Positions 39,451 to 55,175 of a stretch of 64,000 nucleotides of DNA are shown in pieces (within the stretch, counting starts at the first letter, position 1; the number at the start of each line of letters is the position of its first letter). A program made the position numbers and the translations under genes. A model generated the notes under the pieces. It worked only from the letters and a program-made list of their open reading frames with translations, had not been told where the DNA came from and searched no databases. The stretch is from Octopus vulgaris (taxonomy: Eukaryota): contig OX597814.1 in the NCBI GenBank assembly GCA_951406725.2, positions 188,046,001-188,110,000 of the forward strand, in the 5' to 3' direction.

Positions 39451-40171
39451 TGAGGAGAGTGAAATATTGAAACGAAATGATTTGTAAATGCTGAAATAGA
39501 TTGGAAAAAAGCTAAGTACACGGTTAAATAATCATTTGTATTTAACTGCTGTGTTTCTATTTTTTGTTTCTGTAAAGATAATAGTCTCATAATCAACTTT
39601 ATTTTGGGATTTCGAAGAGAGAATACAATGCTTATTTAGCGAATCTTTCTTTTATGAATTTATCGTTTGATCAATTTGGTTCTGGTGTGAAAATTTTAAT
39701 TGAAGTTTTACAAGCTGATGTTGGTTCATATTCAATTAGCGATCAGTTATCTATCCAACGCCAGTTATATTGAGTAAATTCATCACCGGATGTTGCTTCC
39801 TATTCAATAGCATCAGATATCTCTGTAAAGTCAGTTATATTAATAATAGAAAATGTTTTCCGATTCAACGATTTAACGGCTTTGGAATAAAGGATGAAAG
39901 AAAAAGGCCAGACATAATCAGTAATATATTTAATGTTAGTTATATTCAGAAAACTCATCGACTAACATTGTTTCACAATCTGTCTGAATCGCCGACTATC
40001 CGTATAATGTCAGTTACATCCCGAATACAAAGTTTTATCCGCCTTGGAGTAAAGATAGAAAAAACAAAAACAAAAACAAAAGCAAAAAAGAAACAAAAAA
40101 CTCCCTAAGCCTCAATCCACTTTTATTTTTAACTCACTTTAATTACTCATTATTTTACTTAGCACAATTTA

Positions 40172-40395
40172 AGGCTGTGAGCTGGTAGAATCGAGAATCG
40201 TTAGCACGCCGGTTAAACTGCTTAGAAGCATTTTGTCCGGCTTTACGTTCTGAGTTCAAATGCTGCCAAGGTTGACTTTGCCTTTCATCCTCTCGGGGTC
40301 GATAAAATAAGTAGCATTTGAGCACTCGGGTCGATGCGATCGACTTAACCCACCTCCCTTAAAATTACTGGCCTTGTGCTAAAACTTAAAACCAT
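40172..40395 (+). mobile_element. SINE family A
   Basis: Head, B box, body and short tail. Confidence 0.82.
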
Positions 40396-40524
40396 TTTAC
40401 TTCATCCGATCCAATAAACTTAAGAATCGAAACACTCGTTGTAAGTGTAACTGTTGGGTGCCTGGCATGGAGACCCGTCAATTTAAATAGCTTAAGTATT
40501 ACATTAATTCAGTTAGTATAAGTA

Positions 40525-40889
40525 TACTATCATTCATCAACAGATGCATGCGTAGTATACTTAAAATTAGATGGCCCGAACACATAAGCAATATGGAGCT
40601 ATGGCAAAGAACAAATGAAGTTTCGATTAGGGAGCAAATATTTAAGAAAACGTGGAAGTGGATTGGAAGCACAATTAGAAAAGACACACCAAATGTAGCG
40701 AAAAGTGCTTTACAGTGGAAACCGGATGGATATAGGAGGAGAGGTAGGCCTAAGAACTCGTGGCGGAGATCAACATAAAAGGAACTAGAGAAAGGAGGAC
40801 GTTCATGGCAGAGTATTAGTACAGAAGCCAAAACTTATGCGACATGGAATTCAACTATAAGTGGCCTATACTCTGCGCTGGAGGGTTAA
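40525..40889 (+). mobile_element. RTE-clade LINE 3' fragment
   Basis: FINRCMRSILKIRWPEHISNMELWQRT...WKWIG...ALQWKPDGYRRRGRPKNSWRR; internal stop. Confidence 0.88.
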
Positions 40890-41149
40890 AGACATAAAGA
40901 AAGAAATAAGTATGTTAGCTCAAAACGGTTTTCTTATGTCTTGGTATACAATACGTAGTTCAACTACCCATGTTTCGCCTAAAGTAGAATATAAATATCT
41001 AAATAATTTCGAAGAGGTCGGAACTGTGAGAAGTCGTAAGATAACCATTGTGACAGATAAAAGTGATATCTCCACTGATCTTAAAACTAAAGCAATCATC
41101 AAAAGAAAATTGACGGAGAAAACATTTAGAAATGACTAAAGCTGAAGTA

Positions 41150-41442
41150 GTGGAGGCACATGTCATAGTGGTTAGAGCAGCGAATTTGCGGTAGAGGGAG
41201 CGCGGGTTCGAATCTGGGACCGGGCGATGTATGTGTTTATGAGCGAAACACCTAAGCTCCACGCGGCTCCGGCAGAAGGTAATGGCGAACTTCTGCTGAC
41301 TCTTTCGCCACAACTTTCTCTCACTCTTTCCTCCTGCGTCTTGCAGCTCACTTGCAACAGACCGGCATCCTGTCCAGGTGGGGAGCCTATACGCCAAGGA
41401 AACCGGGAAACCGGCCCTGGGCTGGCTTGAGAAGGAACAAAC
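41150..41442 (+). mobile_element. SINE family D with perfect 12-bp TSD
   Basis: aaagctgaagta at 41138-49 and 41443-54; A box tagtggttag, B box gggttcgaatc. Confidence 0.92.
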
Positions 41443-41827
41443 AAAGCTGAAGTAAAGTTAATTGATTAGAACTGAAATATATCTGTATTAATGGCTGAAT
41501 TTTCTTAAAACCTATTTAGAAGTGGTTCTCACCAAAATATTATAAATATTGACTGATTATTAAATGTACATGCGAAGCAAAGTGTTTTCTTTTTGTGTGT
41601 CTTCTAGTAAATTTGAAGATTGATTAATACATAACAGGCACAGGTATGGGTGTGTGGTTAAGAAACTCGCATTGCAGCCACGTGGTTTCGGGTTCAGTCC
41701 CGCTGCTCAGTACTTTGGGCAAATGTCTTCTATAGCCTCTGGCAAACCAAAGCTTTATGAGAGTCTTATGAGTGAATTTGGCTGACAAAAACTATATGGT
41801 ATCCGGACAACCCAATAGATAGATAGT

Positions 41828-41888
<61 letters not shown>

Positions 41889-42021
41889 AGGGGAGGATGG
41901 GTAATGCCATGACCATTGTTGGACCTCTCGGACTGGTAGGAAACAAATTATTTTATGTTTTCTCTGGTTCCCAACAAAGAAAAGCCGACGGTTTTAACCA
42001 GGACGTACTTCTATAGAAATA

Positions 42022-42235
42022 ATCCTTTTTACTATAAGCACAAGGACTGAAATTTAGGGGAGGGGCTAGTCGATTACATCGACCCGAGTGCTCAACTGGT
42101 ACTTATTTCAACGACCCTGAAAGGATGAAAAATAAAGTTGACCTCGGCGGGATTTGAACTCAGACGCAAGGACGGACGGAATGCCGCTAAGCATTTTGTC
42201 CGGCGTGCTAACGATTCTGCCAGTTTGCCGCCCTC
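42022..42235 (-). mobile_element. SINE family A
   Basis: Full copy; flanks cttctatagaaataat / cttctatagagataat are TSD-like. Confidence 0.88.
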
Positions 42236-42447
42236 TTCTATAGAGATAATGAAATGGCAAATGTGACGTGTATGTCTTTTCGAAAGTTCTAAATGAAGTA
42301 TAAGTAGAATAAAACTGATTCTTTAGCTCAGGGCTTAAATTCGACTCCCTAAGCAGGATATCTTTTAATCTATCCCCTCCTCATCAAGTTCTTGATACAA
42401 TGTATATACGGTGGTAAATTTTACAGACGTGGTTAGGGAAAGACGAA

Positions 42448-42865
42448 GGCAGCAGGCTGGCAGAATCGTTAGCACGCCGGGCGATATGCTTAACGTTATT
42501 TCGTCTGCCGCTACGTTCTGAGTTCAAATTGCGCAGAGGTCGACTTTGCCTTTCATCCTTTCGGGGTTGATTAAATAAGTACCAGTTACACACTGGGATG
42601 GATATAATCGATTTAATCCATTTGTCTGTCCTTGTTTGTCCTCTCTGTGTTTAGCCTCTTATGGGTAGTAAAGAAATAGGTATTTTGTCTGCCGCTACGT
42701 TCTGAGTTCAAATTGCGCCGAGGTCGACTTTGCCTTTCATCCTTTCGGGGTCGATTAAATAAGTACTAGTTACGCACTGGGGTCGATATAATCGACTTAA
42801 TCCGTTTGTCTGTCCTTGTTTGTCCTGTCTCTGTGTTTAGCCCCTTGTGGGTAGTAAAGTAATAG
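42448..42865 (+). mobile_element. Dimeric SINE A (long tail + long tail)
   Basis: TSD ggttagggaaagac on both sides; internal junction aagaaatagg|tattttgtctgcc. Confidence 0.88.
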
Positions 42866-43674
42866 GTTAGGGAAAGACTGTAACAAGCGTGTCTCTTTTT
42901 CCCGGGGCATACAGCGCATGGAGAGGAGTAGGCAAAGTGACTGCAAGTTGAGAGCATAGTTTGTTAGAAGCTTATTTCTTACTCTTCGACGTCTGCTTCC
43001 AATTTATTGATTATGTTCATTCACAAAAAAAGTTTACGTATGGAGTGCACAATGGTCTCATGTTTATACAAAGGATTCCTTTTAGCATAATATTTTCCTT
43101 CTCTTGAGAATACGCGTATAGATGTGCGCGAATCTGATAATCAATGCGGCATCGCATATTTGAAAAGCATAGCGGAAAAAGGATGTCAGTCTGACCTGGC
43201 ACATTCTGAGATATTTTCAATCAAAATCGAAAGTCTATATTGTAATTCGCAATGACGTAGATTAGCTATAGTCAATAGTAGATTAAGAATAGTCACACAC
43301 ACGTATGCATGCATGCATACATACATACGTACATACATATATAGATACACATATACGCGCACGCACAGGCGTTCGCGAAGCATGTGTGTTCACCTCTCTA
43401 ATATTGTTAATGCATTTACAAAATGTCTAAGCCTAAATGTAACAGAATAAAACAGAATGGAATAAAAATCCCCACTTCTTATAAATATGACGGCTTCTGC
43501 AAGAATCATAAGTGTGTGTGTACGTCCGCGTACATACATACATACATACAAACATAATACATGTTTATATGTGTGTGCACAATTACGCGCCTATAAACAC
43601 GCACACACTGTTCAAGCATGAAACTAGAAGTAGCTCATGGATAACTCCTGTAGTCATTTAATGATATATATATA

Positions 43675-43756
<82 letters not shown>

Positions 43757-44556
43757 TATGTATGTATATATATATATATATGTATATATATGTGTATATA
43801 TATATGCATACATATATGTATATACATACATGTACATATACATACATGTATATATACATATATGTATATATACATACCTGTATGTATGTATGTATGCATA
43901 TATATGTATGTATGTATGTATGTATATATGTATGTACACAATAGCGGGCAGCTAACATTTTAACAATAGGTTCATTCAACTAATTTGGTGGGGACATGGA
44001 TGGATGTCCAAGAAAGAGAGATACTTTGAAATGGTGGGAACCCACGGAGGTGAGTTGAACGAAGGAGAATGGTCGGCTGGCTACTTGGCCAAAAAGACTC
44101 TATACTTCTCTTAACGTCCCATGAAAATGATTATAGTTAAGACAAGTTAAAACGCAGTGGCAAGACAGTAGTAGACAGAGAGGGAAATAGATACAACACA
44201 TGAAACAGCACAGATAAATACAGTTATATTACAGATTAAAGATGGAATAGTTGATGGTGCTTATGTAGCAAATGGTAAGCGCGTGCAGGAGCATAAATGT
44301 AAACACAGTTACATACACTTGAACATCCAACCGAACATCGATAAATCTTACTTATGAACTAAATATTGGAAATACAAGATCACATGCAGCAAACAAGAGA
44401 TTAATTTTATTTAAAAAAAACATTGAAGGGCCAACTGACTATGTGACATGTTTGGCATTGAAATTTTCTTCAGTAGATTTCTGTACAACGTTTGGCGAAA
44501 GTCTATGACTGCTTCCCTTTTATAAAGATTTTAACAACAGGCTCGCGCGGATTAGT

Positions 44557-44618
<62 letters not shown>

Positions 44619-44824
44619 ACACAGACACACACAGACACACACACAGACACACACACACAGACACAGACACACACAGACACACACACAGACACACACACAC
44701 ACATACACGCATGCACTTTTACATCTACGCGCGCGTGCACACTCACACACACATACACCCTTACGCATACATCTGTATTTATCAATTGAGGTTCACTAGT
44801 ATATTGACTTAGATCGAACACATA

Positions 44825-45304
44825 CCGTAAATCCTCGAGTATAATCCGCGCTTTTTTCCCAAAATTTAAGGGTCAAAATCCCTAGTGCGTATTATATACG
44901 AGGTTAAAAATGAAAATTATTTTCTAAGCAATGTCCGAGTCTCTATTTGCTGTCCGGCAATGTTTATTCAGACGCATTTTGTGATGTCGGGCGCGAAAAT
45001 ACCTTAAATCATCCATAACTTGCAATAAGCAACATTTATTAAACGTTATTACTGTTATTTCTTTATTTTCTGCAAACAAAATGCACAAAAAAGCTACACG
45101 TTTGCATTATGTTATATATACAATAATAATCAAGGACGTTACCGTATACATTTTTACAGATCAAGGACGTTATATAGATCTCCTTGAATCAAGTTAGAGA
45201 AGGGTTGCGTTTTATACACACGGTTTAGGTTTTACAGAGGTACAGCCCCCTAAAAATCCCCTGCGTATTATACTCAAGGGCGGACAATACTCGAGGATTT
45301 ACGG
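44825..45304. mobile_element. Tc1/mariner-superfamily (pogo-like) MITE
   Basis: ta|ccgtaaatcctcgagtat ... atactcgaggatttacgg|ta; subterminal tgcgtattata repeats. Confidence 0.9.
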
Positions 45305-46099
45305 TACTAAACGTTCCAATGTTTAAGCATTAAATACGCAACACGTGAAGTAGAGTTTGACAGGGTCTTATGCCGAGCCACCTACCACATCATGCAGAGA
45401 TATAATTATTATTTCATATTTGATTTAGTTTTGCATTTTCAAGCGTTAGACGGCACATAGTGGATTCATGTTAGTAATTGAACCCTCAAGTTAAAGTCCT
45501 AGCTATGCGTTTTTTTTTTTCAATATTTTATTGTCTATTCCAACTGGATCTAAATTTCATATAGACTTGTCAACGAATGCAGGACAATGGAAAGATATAT
45601 AATAGCATTGATATGTTGACTGGACGACTCTTTGGCACATATTTCGTTCTACAGAGAAGAAGAAGAAGAAAAAGAAGAAAAAAAAAGAAAACTGAAAGAA
45701 CAGCTTCTTCAACTTACTCCCTACTGTTTAAAAGATGAAATAGTCAAGGCTAGAATGCTTTGATCATAACTTTGCACATTCAGAGCTACGTTATAAGAAT
45801 TTTGAAACTTCGATTGAACGTAAAATAATTCGTTTCTACCAGTTGAACTCGAAGTAGATAAAGCTATGTATAATAACATTAAATATTATATTAGCTTTGT
45901 CTACTTCGAGTTCAACCATTAAAAACTAATTATTTTATATATATATATGTGTAAAAGAACAGATTGATTGGAGCAGTCCTGAACACAGTATGCTTAAATA
46001 ACATACACGATGGCCATAGTTAGAGTGTCTTCTCTCATACATATGCTTCTCGATCGGAGCTAAGTAGGGAAGTTTTCAAACTGAAAATACTAGTGAAAT

Positions 46100-46499
46100 A
46101 TCCTTTCAACTCTAGGCACAAGGCCCTAAATTTTTGGGAAGGGTGCCAGTGGATTAGATCGACCCCAGTATGCAACTGGTACTTAATTTATCGACCTCGA
46201 AAGGATGAAAGGCAAAGTCGACCTCGGCGGAATTTGAACTCAGAACGTAATGGCAGACGAAATACCTATTTCTTTACTACCCACAAGGGGCTAAACACAG
46301 AGAGGACAAACAAGGACAGACAAACGGATTAAGTCGATTATATCGACCCCAGTGCGTAACTGGTACTTACTTAATCGACCCCGAAAGGATGAAAGGCAAA
46401 GTCGACCTCGGCGGAATTTGAACTCGGAACGTAACGGCAGACGAAATACGGCTACGCATTTCACCCGGCGTGCTAACCTTTCTGCCAGCTCGCCGCCTT
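46100..46499 (-). mobile_element. Dimeric SINE A (long tail + short tail)
   Basis: Junction gcagacgaaatacc|tatttctttac near 46266. Confidence 0.88.
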
Positions 46500-46912
46500 G
46501 CCTCACCACTTTATTCATGGGAAGAGAAAATATTTTGTATGTATACAATTCCTTTCTCACTATGCTATTAAACATGTTTAAAACCATCGAAATAAAATCA
46601 TCTTAATCCTTAGCCTGTCTTGTGTTTCACATATGATACACAAGACATATTTCCTTGGCTTCCATGCATCATATATGATACACATTTCCAATTTTTTTTT
46701 CAACCACTAGAGTAACTCAGGACTTATAAAGGGAAAGCTTTATATTACTTTGTACATGCAAAAGGTTAATTTGATGAAATTGATCTAATGTGATACTTTC
46801 TTAGTAGAAAGGATGAACTCTGAACGGAAAACCGATGAACTTTGAAAGAAAAACTGGAAGAACTGTCGTTAAGTATTTTATCTGGCGCGATAACGAAATT
46901 GTTCCAATATAA

Positions 46913-47335
46913 TGGTTTCAAATTTTGACACAATTCTATCAGATTTTGAGGGGATGGCGGGCTAGTCGATTACATCGATGCCAGTGCTGAATTGGTACTT
47001 ATTTTATCGACCCCGACAGGATGAAAGACAAAGTGGAACCTGGCAGAATTTGAACTCAGAACGTAAAGATGGAGGAAATGCCGCTAAGTGTCTTGTCTGT
47101 CATGTCAACGATCCTGCCGGTCCGCTGTCTTAAAATTGATCAAATTCTGGCATTTCGGTGAGGGTTAAGTCGATTAAGTCGACCCCAGTGATCAGCTGGT
47201 ACTTGTTTTATCAACCAAGAAAGGATGAAAGGCAAATTCGACTTCATTGGAATTTAAACCCAGAACGTAAGGGCGGATGAAATGCCGCTAAGCATTTTGC
47301 CCGTTGTGCGAACGATTCTGCCAGCTCACCACCCT
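46913..47335 (-). mobile_element. Two diverged SINE A copies
   Basis: Repeated family A body motifs. Confidence 0.8.
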
Positions 47336-47826
47336 AAACTGATCCAGCATGATAGCATGGTAATTTGTCCACCCTCTTTTCAATCTTCACAATTTCTTGG
47401 CGTCATGAGGAACACTGAGCTAGGTGTCCAAATGTCTAAATGACAACAACAACAACAACAACATAAATTGTAATTAAGAACCAGACAAAATTTGTAAAAT
47501 AATTATGAAAGCTCATAAGGGAGCATTGTATAATTTTACAGGCAAACATAATCTCATATTAAAAAACCAAAAACAAAAGCAAAAAAAAAAAAGAAACAGA
47601 AACAAAACACAAACCACACATTCGTAAACACATGAACACACGCATATTTAATATTTGGTATCAAAGTAAATATGTCAGACTACAATTCCATAACTTCGAC
47701 TTCTCACGAATCGCCCTCCACCAGCTTTAACATGCCATTCATGTTTATCACTCGATGTATGACCGCGCATATTTCTTTTAGATCCTGTATCAGAAGTTGA
47801 CTCCGCTTTGTCTTTTATTGAATTGA

Positions 47827-48225
<399 letters not shown>

Positions 48226-48298
48226 TACATATTTATATACATATATGTGTGTATGTGAGTGTGTGTGTGTGCATGTGTGTATGTATAAACATATATAT

Positions 48299-48332
<34 letters not shown>

Positions 48333-48417
48333 GGAAGGACAGCCTGTGACATTTACAGTTTTGCAAACTTCAACACCTCCCACACACTCACTCATACACA
48401 CACACACACATATACAT

Positions 48418-48450
<33 letters not shown>

Positions 48451-48849
48451 CACATACACACACATATACGCACACATATACACATACATACTACACACAT
48501 ACACACACACACATATACACATGCGTGCACGCATGCACACGCACACACACACATACACATGAAGATTTACATTAACATACACATTCATTTGCACATATGC
48601 TGAAACTCAGACGCAGATATGTTTGTACGATATGATTCTCGAACTGTGAGACTTTCTCTTTTAGCCGCACTTTCTCATTCCCATACTCGCTCTCTGTCTC
48701 TCTCTCTCTGTCTGTCTCTCTCTCCCTTTCTCTCTCTCTCTTTCCCCTAATATCTTCATGTTTCTCTGTCTAACTCTGTCTGATTCTTTATTTACCAACA
48801 CGTCTGTCTGGCTTTCTGTTGCGCCCGTCTCTTTGATTTTCTTTCTCTC

Positions 48850-48942
<93 letters not shown>

Positions 48943-49701
48943 GACACACACACACAGACACACACACACACACACACACTTTACTTAATTCTATCAGATT
49001 TCAAAAGCTACTCGCTCCACTTTTGTTGTCAATGTTATGCAAAGACCCCGCCTCACCTCACAAAATAAAACAAAAAAACCCTTAATAAAACACAAAAAAA
49101 CCCCTTAACAAAACACACACCCTACCTTAACAAAACTAACTAAAATAAATATAAAACACCCACCCAATCCTTCATAGCCATCAACATCTACAGCATTAAA
49201 ACGTTTGACAAAGAGTGACATCTGGTGAATATTAATAGACAATAATTCGAATAAACAAGCTACGAAAGAGTGACGTCATAAAACACAATTCATACATTCT
49301 GGCCACCATCTTAGTATTTGGTTTTTGTTTTGTATTGCTGCCTACAAGTGTCGCAAGTCAATGGTGTGGATGACTAGCTGCTTGCTTTCACCTAAACACG
49401 AAATAGGTTTCGGTAAAAATGAAAGAACAAAAACAAAAAATCAAATAAAAAGCAAGAACAATGTCGTTAAAACTTCCAAACGCATCAGAGAAATGGGAAT
49501 TTGGTTATGACGTTTTGGCATCTCCCAGTATGACAGGTCACACAGACACACACACATATACACGTATTAGCGTTTACACACTATATTGTTGCTCGTTTTT
49601 TGTTTGTGTTTATACACACAGACACACAATACCCATATACACACACAAGCAAGCATATATATGTATGTGTACATACATATATGCATGCTTATATGCACAT
49701 A

Positions 49702-49752
<51 letters not shown>

Positions 49753-49765
49753 TTTTATACATATA

Positions 49766-50176
49766 CTCTTTTACTCTTTTCTCTTTTACTTGTTTCAGTC
49801 ATTTGACTGCGGCCATGCTGGAGCACCGCCTTTCGTCGAGCAAATCGACCCCGGGGCTTATTCTTTGTAAGCCCAGTACTTATTCTATCGGTCTCTTTTG
49901 CCGAACCGCTAAGTGACGGGGACGTAAACACACCAGCATCGGCTGTCAAGCAATGCTAGGGGGACAAACACAAACACACAGACACACACATACATATATA
50001 TATATATATACATATATACGACGGGCTTCTTTCAGTTTCCGTCTACCAAATCCACTCACAAGGCATTGATCGGCCCGGGGCTATAGCAGAAGACAATTGC
50101 CCAAGATGCCACGCAGTGGGACTGAACCCGGAACCATGTGGCTGGTTAGCAAGCTACTTACCACACAGCCACTCCC
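49766..50176 (-). mobile_element. SINE family B
   Basis: Near-identical to 61406-61806. Confidence 0.9.
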
Positions 50177-50982
50177 GAACCAAAAGTTCCTGAAAATCGA
50201 TGTTGTCTGTATCAGTCAAATATTAGGGTAACTTTTCCCCACCTCCCTCACTTAAAATTGTTTACGCTGCATCGTGGCGAATCACTAACAGTATTTATAT
50301 ATATATATATATATACATGTATATAAAATTTTATAATTGATAAATAATTATAATAGAGAGAACACGAAGTGCAAGCTTGCTAGAAATAAGAGTTAAAATA
50401 CTCAAACAAGTCACCAAACTCCCTGAAAATCATAACAGACTAACAGAGATCGGGTAAACGAGCAAAGAAAATTTTACATTTTAACCCCGCTGAAAGCTGT
50501 AGAATTAGGTAATAGATATACCTGTATCATGATTTCGAATTCTCAATTACTACTGAATTCTCTTCAGCTGGTCTTACCCAGTGCTAAAATCCTGAGCTGG
50601 CAGAATCGTTGGCACGCCGAGCAAAATGCTTAGCGGCATTTGCCTTTACATTCTGAGTTCTAATTCCGCCTGTCATCCTTTCGGGATCGATAAAATTGCC
50701 TTCTATCCTTTCGGGGATCGATAAAATAAGTTCCAGTTGAGCACTGGGATTGATGTATTCGACTTACGCACATATTGGCCTTGTGCCAAAATTTGAAACC
50801 AATTAGAGTATGTTGACCAAGCGGACGACACTTGGTTTGGGAAAATCAGTTAGCAAGAAAGGCTTTCGAACCAAAGATTCCGGAAAATCGATGTTGTCTG
50901 CATCAGACAAGTATTAGGGTAATTTTTTCCCCCTCTCTCACTTAAAATTGTTTACGCTGCATCGTGGCGAATCACTAACAGT
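50176..50982. repeat. Dispersed direct repeat of about 116 bp (50176-50292 and 50867-50982)
   Basis: cgaaccaaa...gaaaatcgatgttgtctg...gtttacgctgcatcgtggcgaatcactaacagt twice. Confidence 0.85.
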
Positions 50983-51917
50983 GTCCCTTGCCTTTAAGAG
51001 ATTGGAGAAGTGCGGAACTCGAAGACAGCATGTTAACAGACAGTCCTGAGATATCAGAGGCAATTGATGGACGTGGATAAACTGATATACTGCATTGACG
51101 GCACAGGACGATTTAAAAGTAATTAACTAAAAAAAACAAAAAACAAAGTCGATTTTCGGTTAGCATGCGGTGCTTGCTACAGATGAAACTCAAAGATAAA
51201 AAAATTTTGATTTAGCAATGTCACGGCCGCTGCTAGAGGAATTTCATCTACGGCTGATATATTTCTTTTCTTTTTTTTTTACACTATACGTCTATAAGAG
51301 ATGTTCTCTCGAGACAAATAGTTCAATTTAGAAGGTTTTCAACAGTGTATATGCTTTAAGTATGATATACAGATTATTAATATGAACTAATACCGTTTCC
51401 GCTGCTAATAACGAAAACCATCATATGAAGGTAGTTTTTTTTTAAAAACAACTTAGGTAAAGTTTTTAGTAAATAATCTGGGAGGTGAGTGGTAAGACAC
51501 AGTAGATTGTGTAGAGGAGTGACAGACAAGTTAGGTAAGTCTTGCATATCTAGGTTATGCGGCTGGAAAGTTCAAATAAACATATACCATAGTAACAGAA
51601 GAGACAGCGATGCAAAATAACGCGTTTATGGATTAGTGGGCGAAACTTGTTGATTAAATGTTTGCTACTTTCTCTGAAGAAGTATGGACTTTCGGATGCA
51701 ATTTTGCCCATATATATCGTTGCTATTATGCAGTAAACGAAAAAATAGTTTCACCATTCCAGAGCAAAACCGCATCTTATTTTTTTACTCGGCTGAAAGT
51801 TATAAAAGTGACTAAAGGCTCAAGTGTTTTGTGCATGGCACAAAACTTTTAGCCTTTGAGTCACTTTTCTAACTTTATGTCAATTTAAAATAGCAAAAAT
51901 GCGTGTCTCTATATATG

Positions 51918-51960
<43 letters not shown>

Positions 51961-52056
51961 GCACATACATTCGTATGTATATACTTTTTTATTATGTATA
52001 CATATTTGTGTGTGTGTGTGCGTATATAAATTCATAAATAAACATATATATATATC

Positions 52057-52136
<80 letters not shown>

Positions 52137-53991
52137 GGTTTGTGTGTATAAATGCACGCGCGAGAATAAATGCGTACGGTAGAGAATTGGGTTGACTACT
52201 CAGTCTTAATTTGTGAAGTTTCAAGCATATTTGATAAAACTTAATGCGACACGGGAAGAAAACGTGGTCTGCTTTCTGCTTATAAAGCGAAATGCCTTAT
52301 CTCAACCTATCAACCTAAACAAGACACAGCTGTTAGCATGGTTCAGTACTCTATGGGTTTTTTTTGTCGTACACAAAAATACGGAATGTTTCAGAAAGAC
52401 ATCATACGTAATGATACATCTAACTCTCGACTCACTGTTTCACTGTTCATTGTTAAGTCAGGATCTATTCGATGTAATCGATTAGATCCCTCCCCGAAAT
52501 GTTCAAGCCTTGTGCGTGTAATAGTAAGGATTATATTAGATCAACTTCATCAAATTAACCCTTTGCCTGTCCACAACAGTTTCATATGCTATAAAGTGAT
52601 ATAAAGATTTCCTTTCATAACTCCCAAGAGACGATAAAATAAGTTCCTGTTGAACAGTGTGGTCAATGTAATCGACTTACTCGTTCTCCTTAAATTGCTG
52701 GCCTTGTGCTAAAATTTAAAGCCGTTCCATCATATTGTAGGCATCTATCTTTGTTGTTTTAGAGTTTTCTTGACATCTTCTGGTGATAAGGATCTCTTTT
52801 TAAACTAAAACACACCTATTTTCTTTCTTTTATAAAGAACTGTGATTGTCCAATCGCCAGTCTAATCACAGAAGAAAATCAAAACTGTTCCAAAAGATGC
52901 TGTCTTTGTTCCCGATTGGTTTGATGAGATGTATAAGTTTGATTAGAACTTTGTCGATATATTTCTATCAGTCGTAATCTATCTCTGCTTGCCTATCTAA
53001 CTAACTAAATTATGTTCCTCTCGAAAGATGGATTTTAATTTTCCCCCCACCCCTGCGATATAGAAAAAGTTTTCTTCTAATCTTTCCATAAATTAAATTT
53101 CCGAAACAAAACAAATCTAACTTGTAAAAAAGAAATGTATGTGCCTGTGGAAATACTTGCATACAAACAAGCATATATAGAGAGAAAGAGAAATATGTGT
53201 GTGTTTGGTGGTGGTGGGGGGAGGCGGAAGTTTCAAATCAAACCGGAAGTTATGTCACAGGCGGGCAGATTTCACGAAAATTATAATGCTGTATATTTGC
53301 ACACACATATATGGTTATTCCATATAACTCCGTAGGGAGCATAGGGCCGGTTTCTCGGTTTCTCTGGTATATATATATATATATATATATATTCCTCTCT
53401 GGATGGGGTGTCGATCTGTTGCAGGATTATTAATTTTTACCAGCTGAGTGGACTGGAGTAACGTAAAATGAAGTAAAACAACTATATTTTGTAGTCATTA
53501 TCCGTAATCTACCCCCCAAACACTTCAGTAACTCTACTTTGCATCGCTTGCAAACTTATATGTTCTATGATCATTAAAGTGCAACGACCTCCACAATAAC
53601 CAGCCTTCAGTTTGATTTTCCGTTCCTAGGTTAATCGAAAACATAGATTGCCGTGCTACTCATAAACCTTCTCGATAGTTAAATTATTTGGTGAAAAAAT
53701 ACCATCAAAGCAATTTAAACCGCCTAAAGGACGGGTGCGTTTGCTAGTATATGATGTAATAAAGTCGCTGATGTATGTTAAGAAAAATCTAACAAGTTCC
53801 ATCATTTGGTAGCGGGCTGTCAGCAGTTTTTGAATTAATGGATGGAACTTCCACCAAGTTTAAATTGTAAAACTTGGGAATTTACATCATGAGTAAACAT
53901 GCGCAAACATAAATACACACACAAAAGTATGCATGTACAAATGCGCACACACATACACACACACACGAAATTACATATACACATAATAAAT

Positions 53992-54247
53992 AATAAATGC
54001 GCCCCTTTTAAAGCCTAGCCAGGTTCATGGGCCCGGATTTCCCGGTTTCTATGGCGTATGTGTCCCCCAGCTGGACGGGACGCTAGTCCATCGCAGCGTT
54101 ACTCATTTTTGCCAGCTGAGTGGACTACAGCAACGTGAAATGAAGTGTTTTGCTCAAGAACACAACACGTCGCCCGGTCCAGGAATCGAAACCACAATCT
54201 TATTATCATGATGCTGACACCCTAACCACTAAGCCACGCGCCTCCAC
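53992..54247 (-). mobile_element. SINE family C
   Basis: Near-identical to the 29582 copy. Confidence 0.88.
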
Positions 54248-54440
54248 ACTTATACACATAGATAACATATTCATCTGCATGAAACTTAGTAAGAGGCAAT
54301 TAATCTATGACTATATTTCAATGAAAACACTTACTCTACGTAATGTATTGAGTACTTAGTACGCGATGTAACTGCAAGTTATTACATGTATGTACGTGTA
54401 CGTGTTTATGCAGGTATGTGTGTGTATATATATATATATA

Positions 54441-54600
54441 TCTTCGAAATGCGGAGTAGATGAAACAGGGACAACTGAAGAAGGGGAATATTCTTTATGT
54501 TGTATGTCTCGTTTCTCTGTTTTTTCGTTGTTTGAAAAAAAGTTCGTTTCTATGTTTTCGTTTCCCATTGTGTTCAAAGTTTATTGATGTCCTGTATCCA
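54441..54600 (+). mobile_element. Family P2 copy in a TA tract
   Basis: cttcgaaatgcggag...gacaactgaagaagggg...gatgtcctgtatcca. Confidence 0.62.
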
Positions 54601-54683
54601 TATATGCATGTATATATACACATATATATGTAGGTATGTACATATATGTATGTATATATACATGAATTTATATATTATTTATG

Positions 54684-54723
<40 letters not shown>

Positions 54724-55175
54724 GTGTGTATGTATATATATGTATATATATATATATGTATATATATGTGTATATATGTATATGTATGTATATACATATA
54801 CATATATATATATATATCGCAGACACACACACACGCACGTCTACCACACGAATACACTACCATTCACTCATTCATAAAGAGAAAGTAAGATGAGACGGGG
54901 GAATTGCCACCGCCTATTAAGTATTTAATTCATCAGCTCAACAGAATGAGAACAATATCTGAATTATTGCTGTGCAATGAATGATTCTTCTCAAAGATAT
55001 ACAGAAACATTTATTGACGGGTGTAGGCACAATGCGTAATATTTTCTGCCTTTTTGATTCACGAAAACTATCTCAGCTAAGCAATTGATCTTCTCTATAT
55101 GCATTAAAAACACAATAGCTTATTCAGAACATTATTACAGAAAATCAGCTCAGTATTGTTTGAATATAATGAAAA

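Noticed and set aside
41150-41225. tRNA-like A/B boxes in SINE heads
   Set aside because: They continue into SINE bodies with TSDs; not tRNA genes
49271-53249. CRE site TGACGTCA (49271) and paired CGGAAGT ETS-like sites (53222-53249)
   Set aside because: Short motifs with no associated exon or transcription-start evidence
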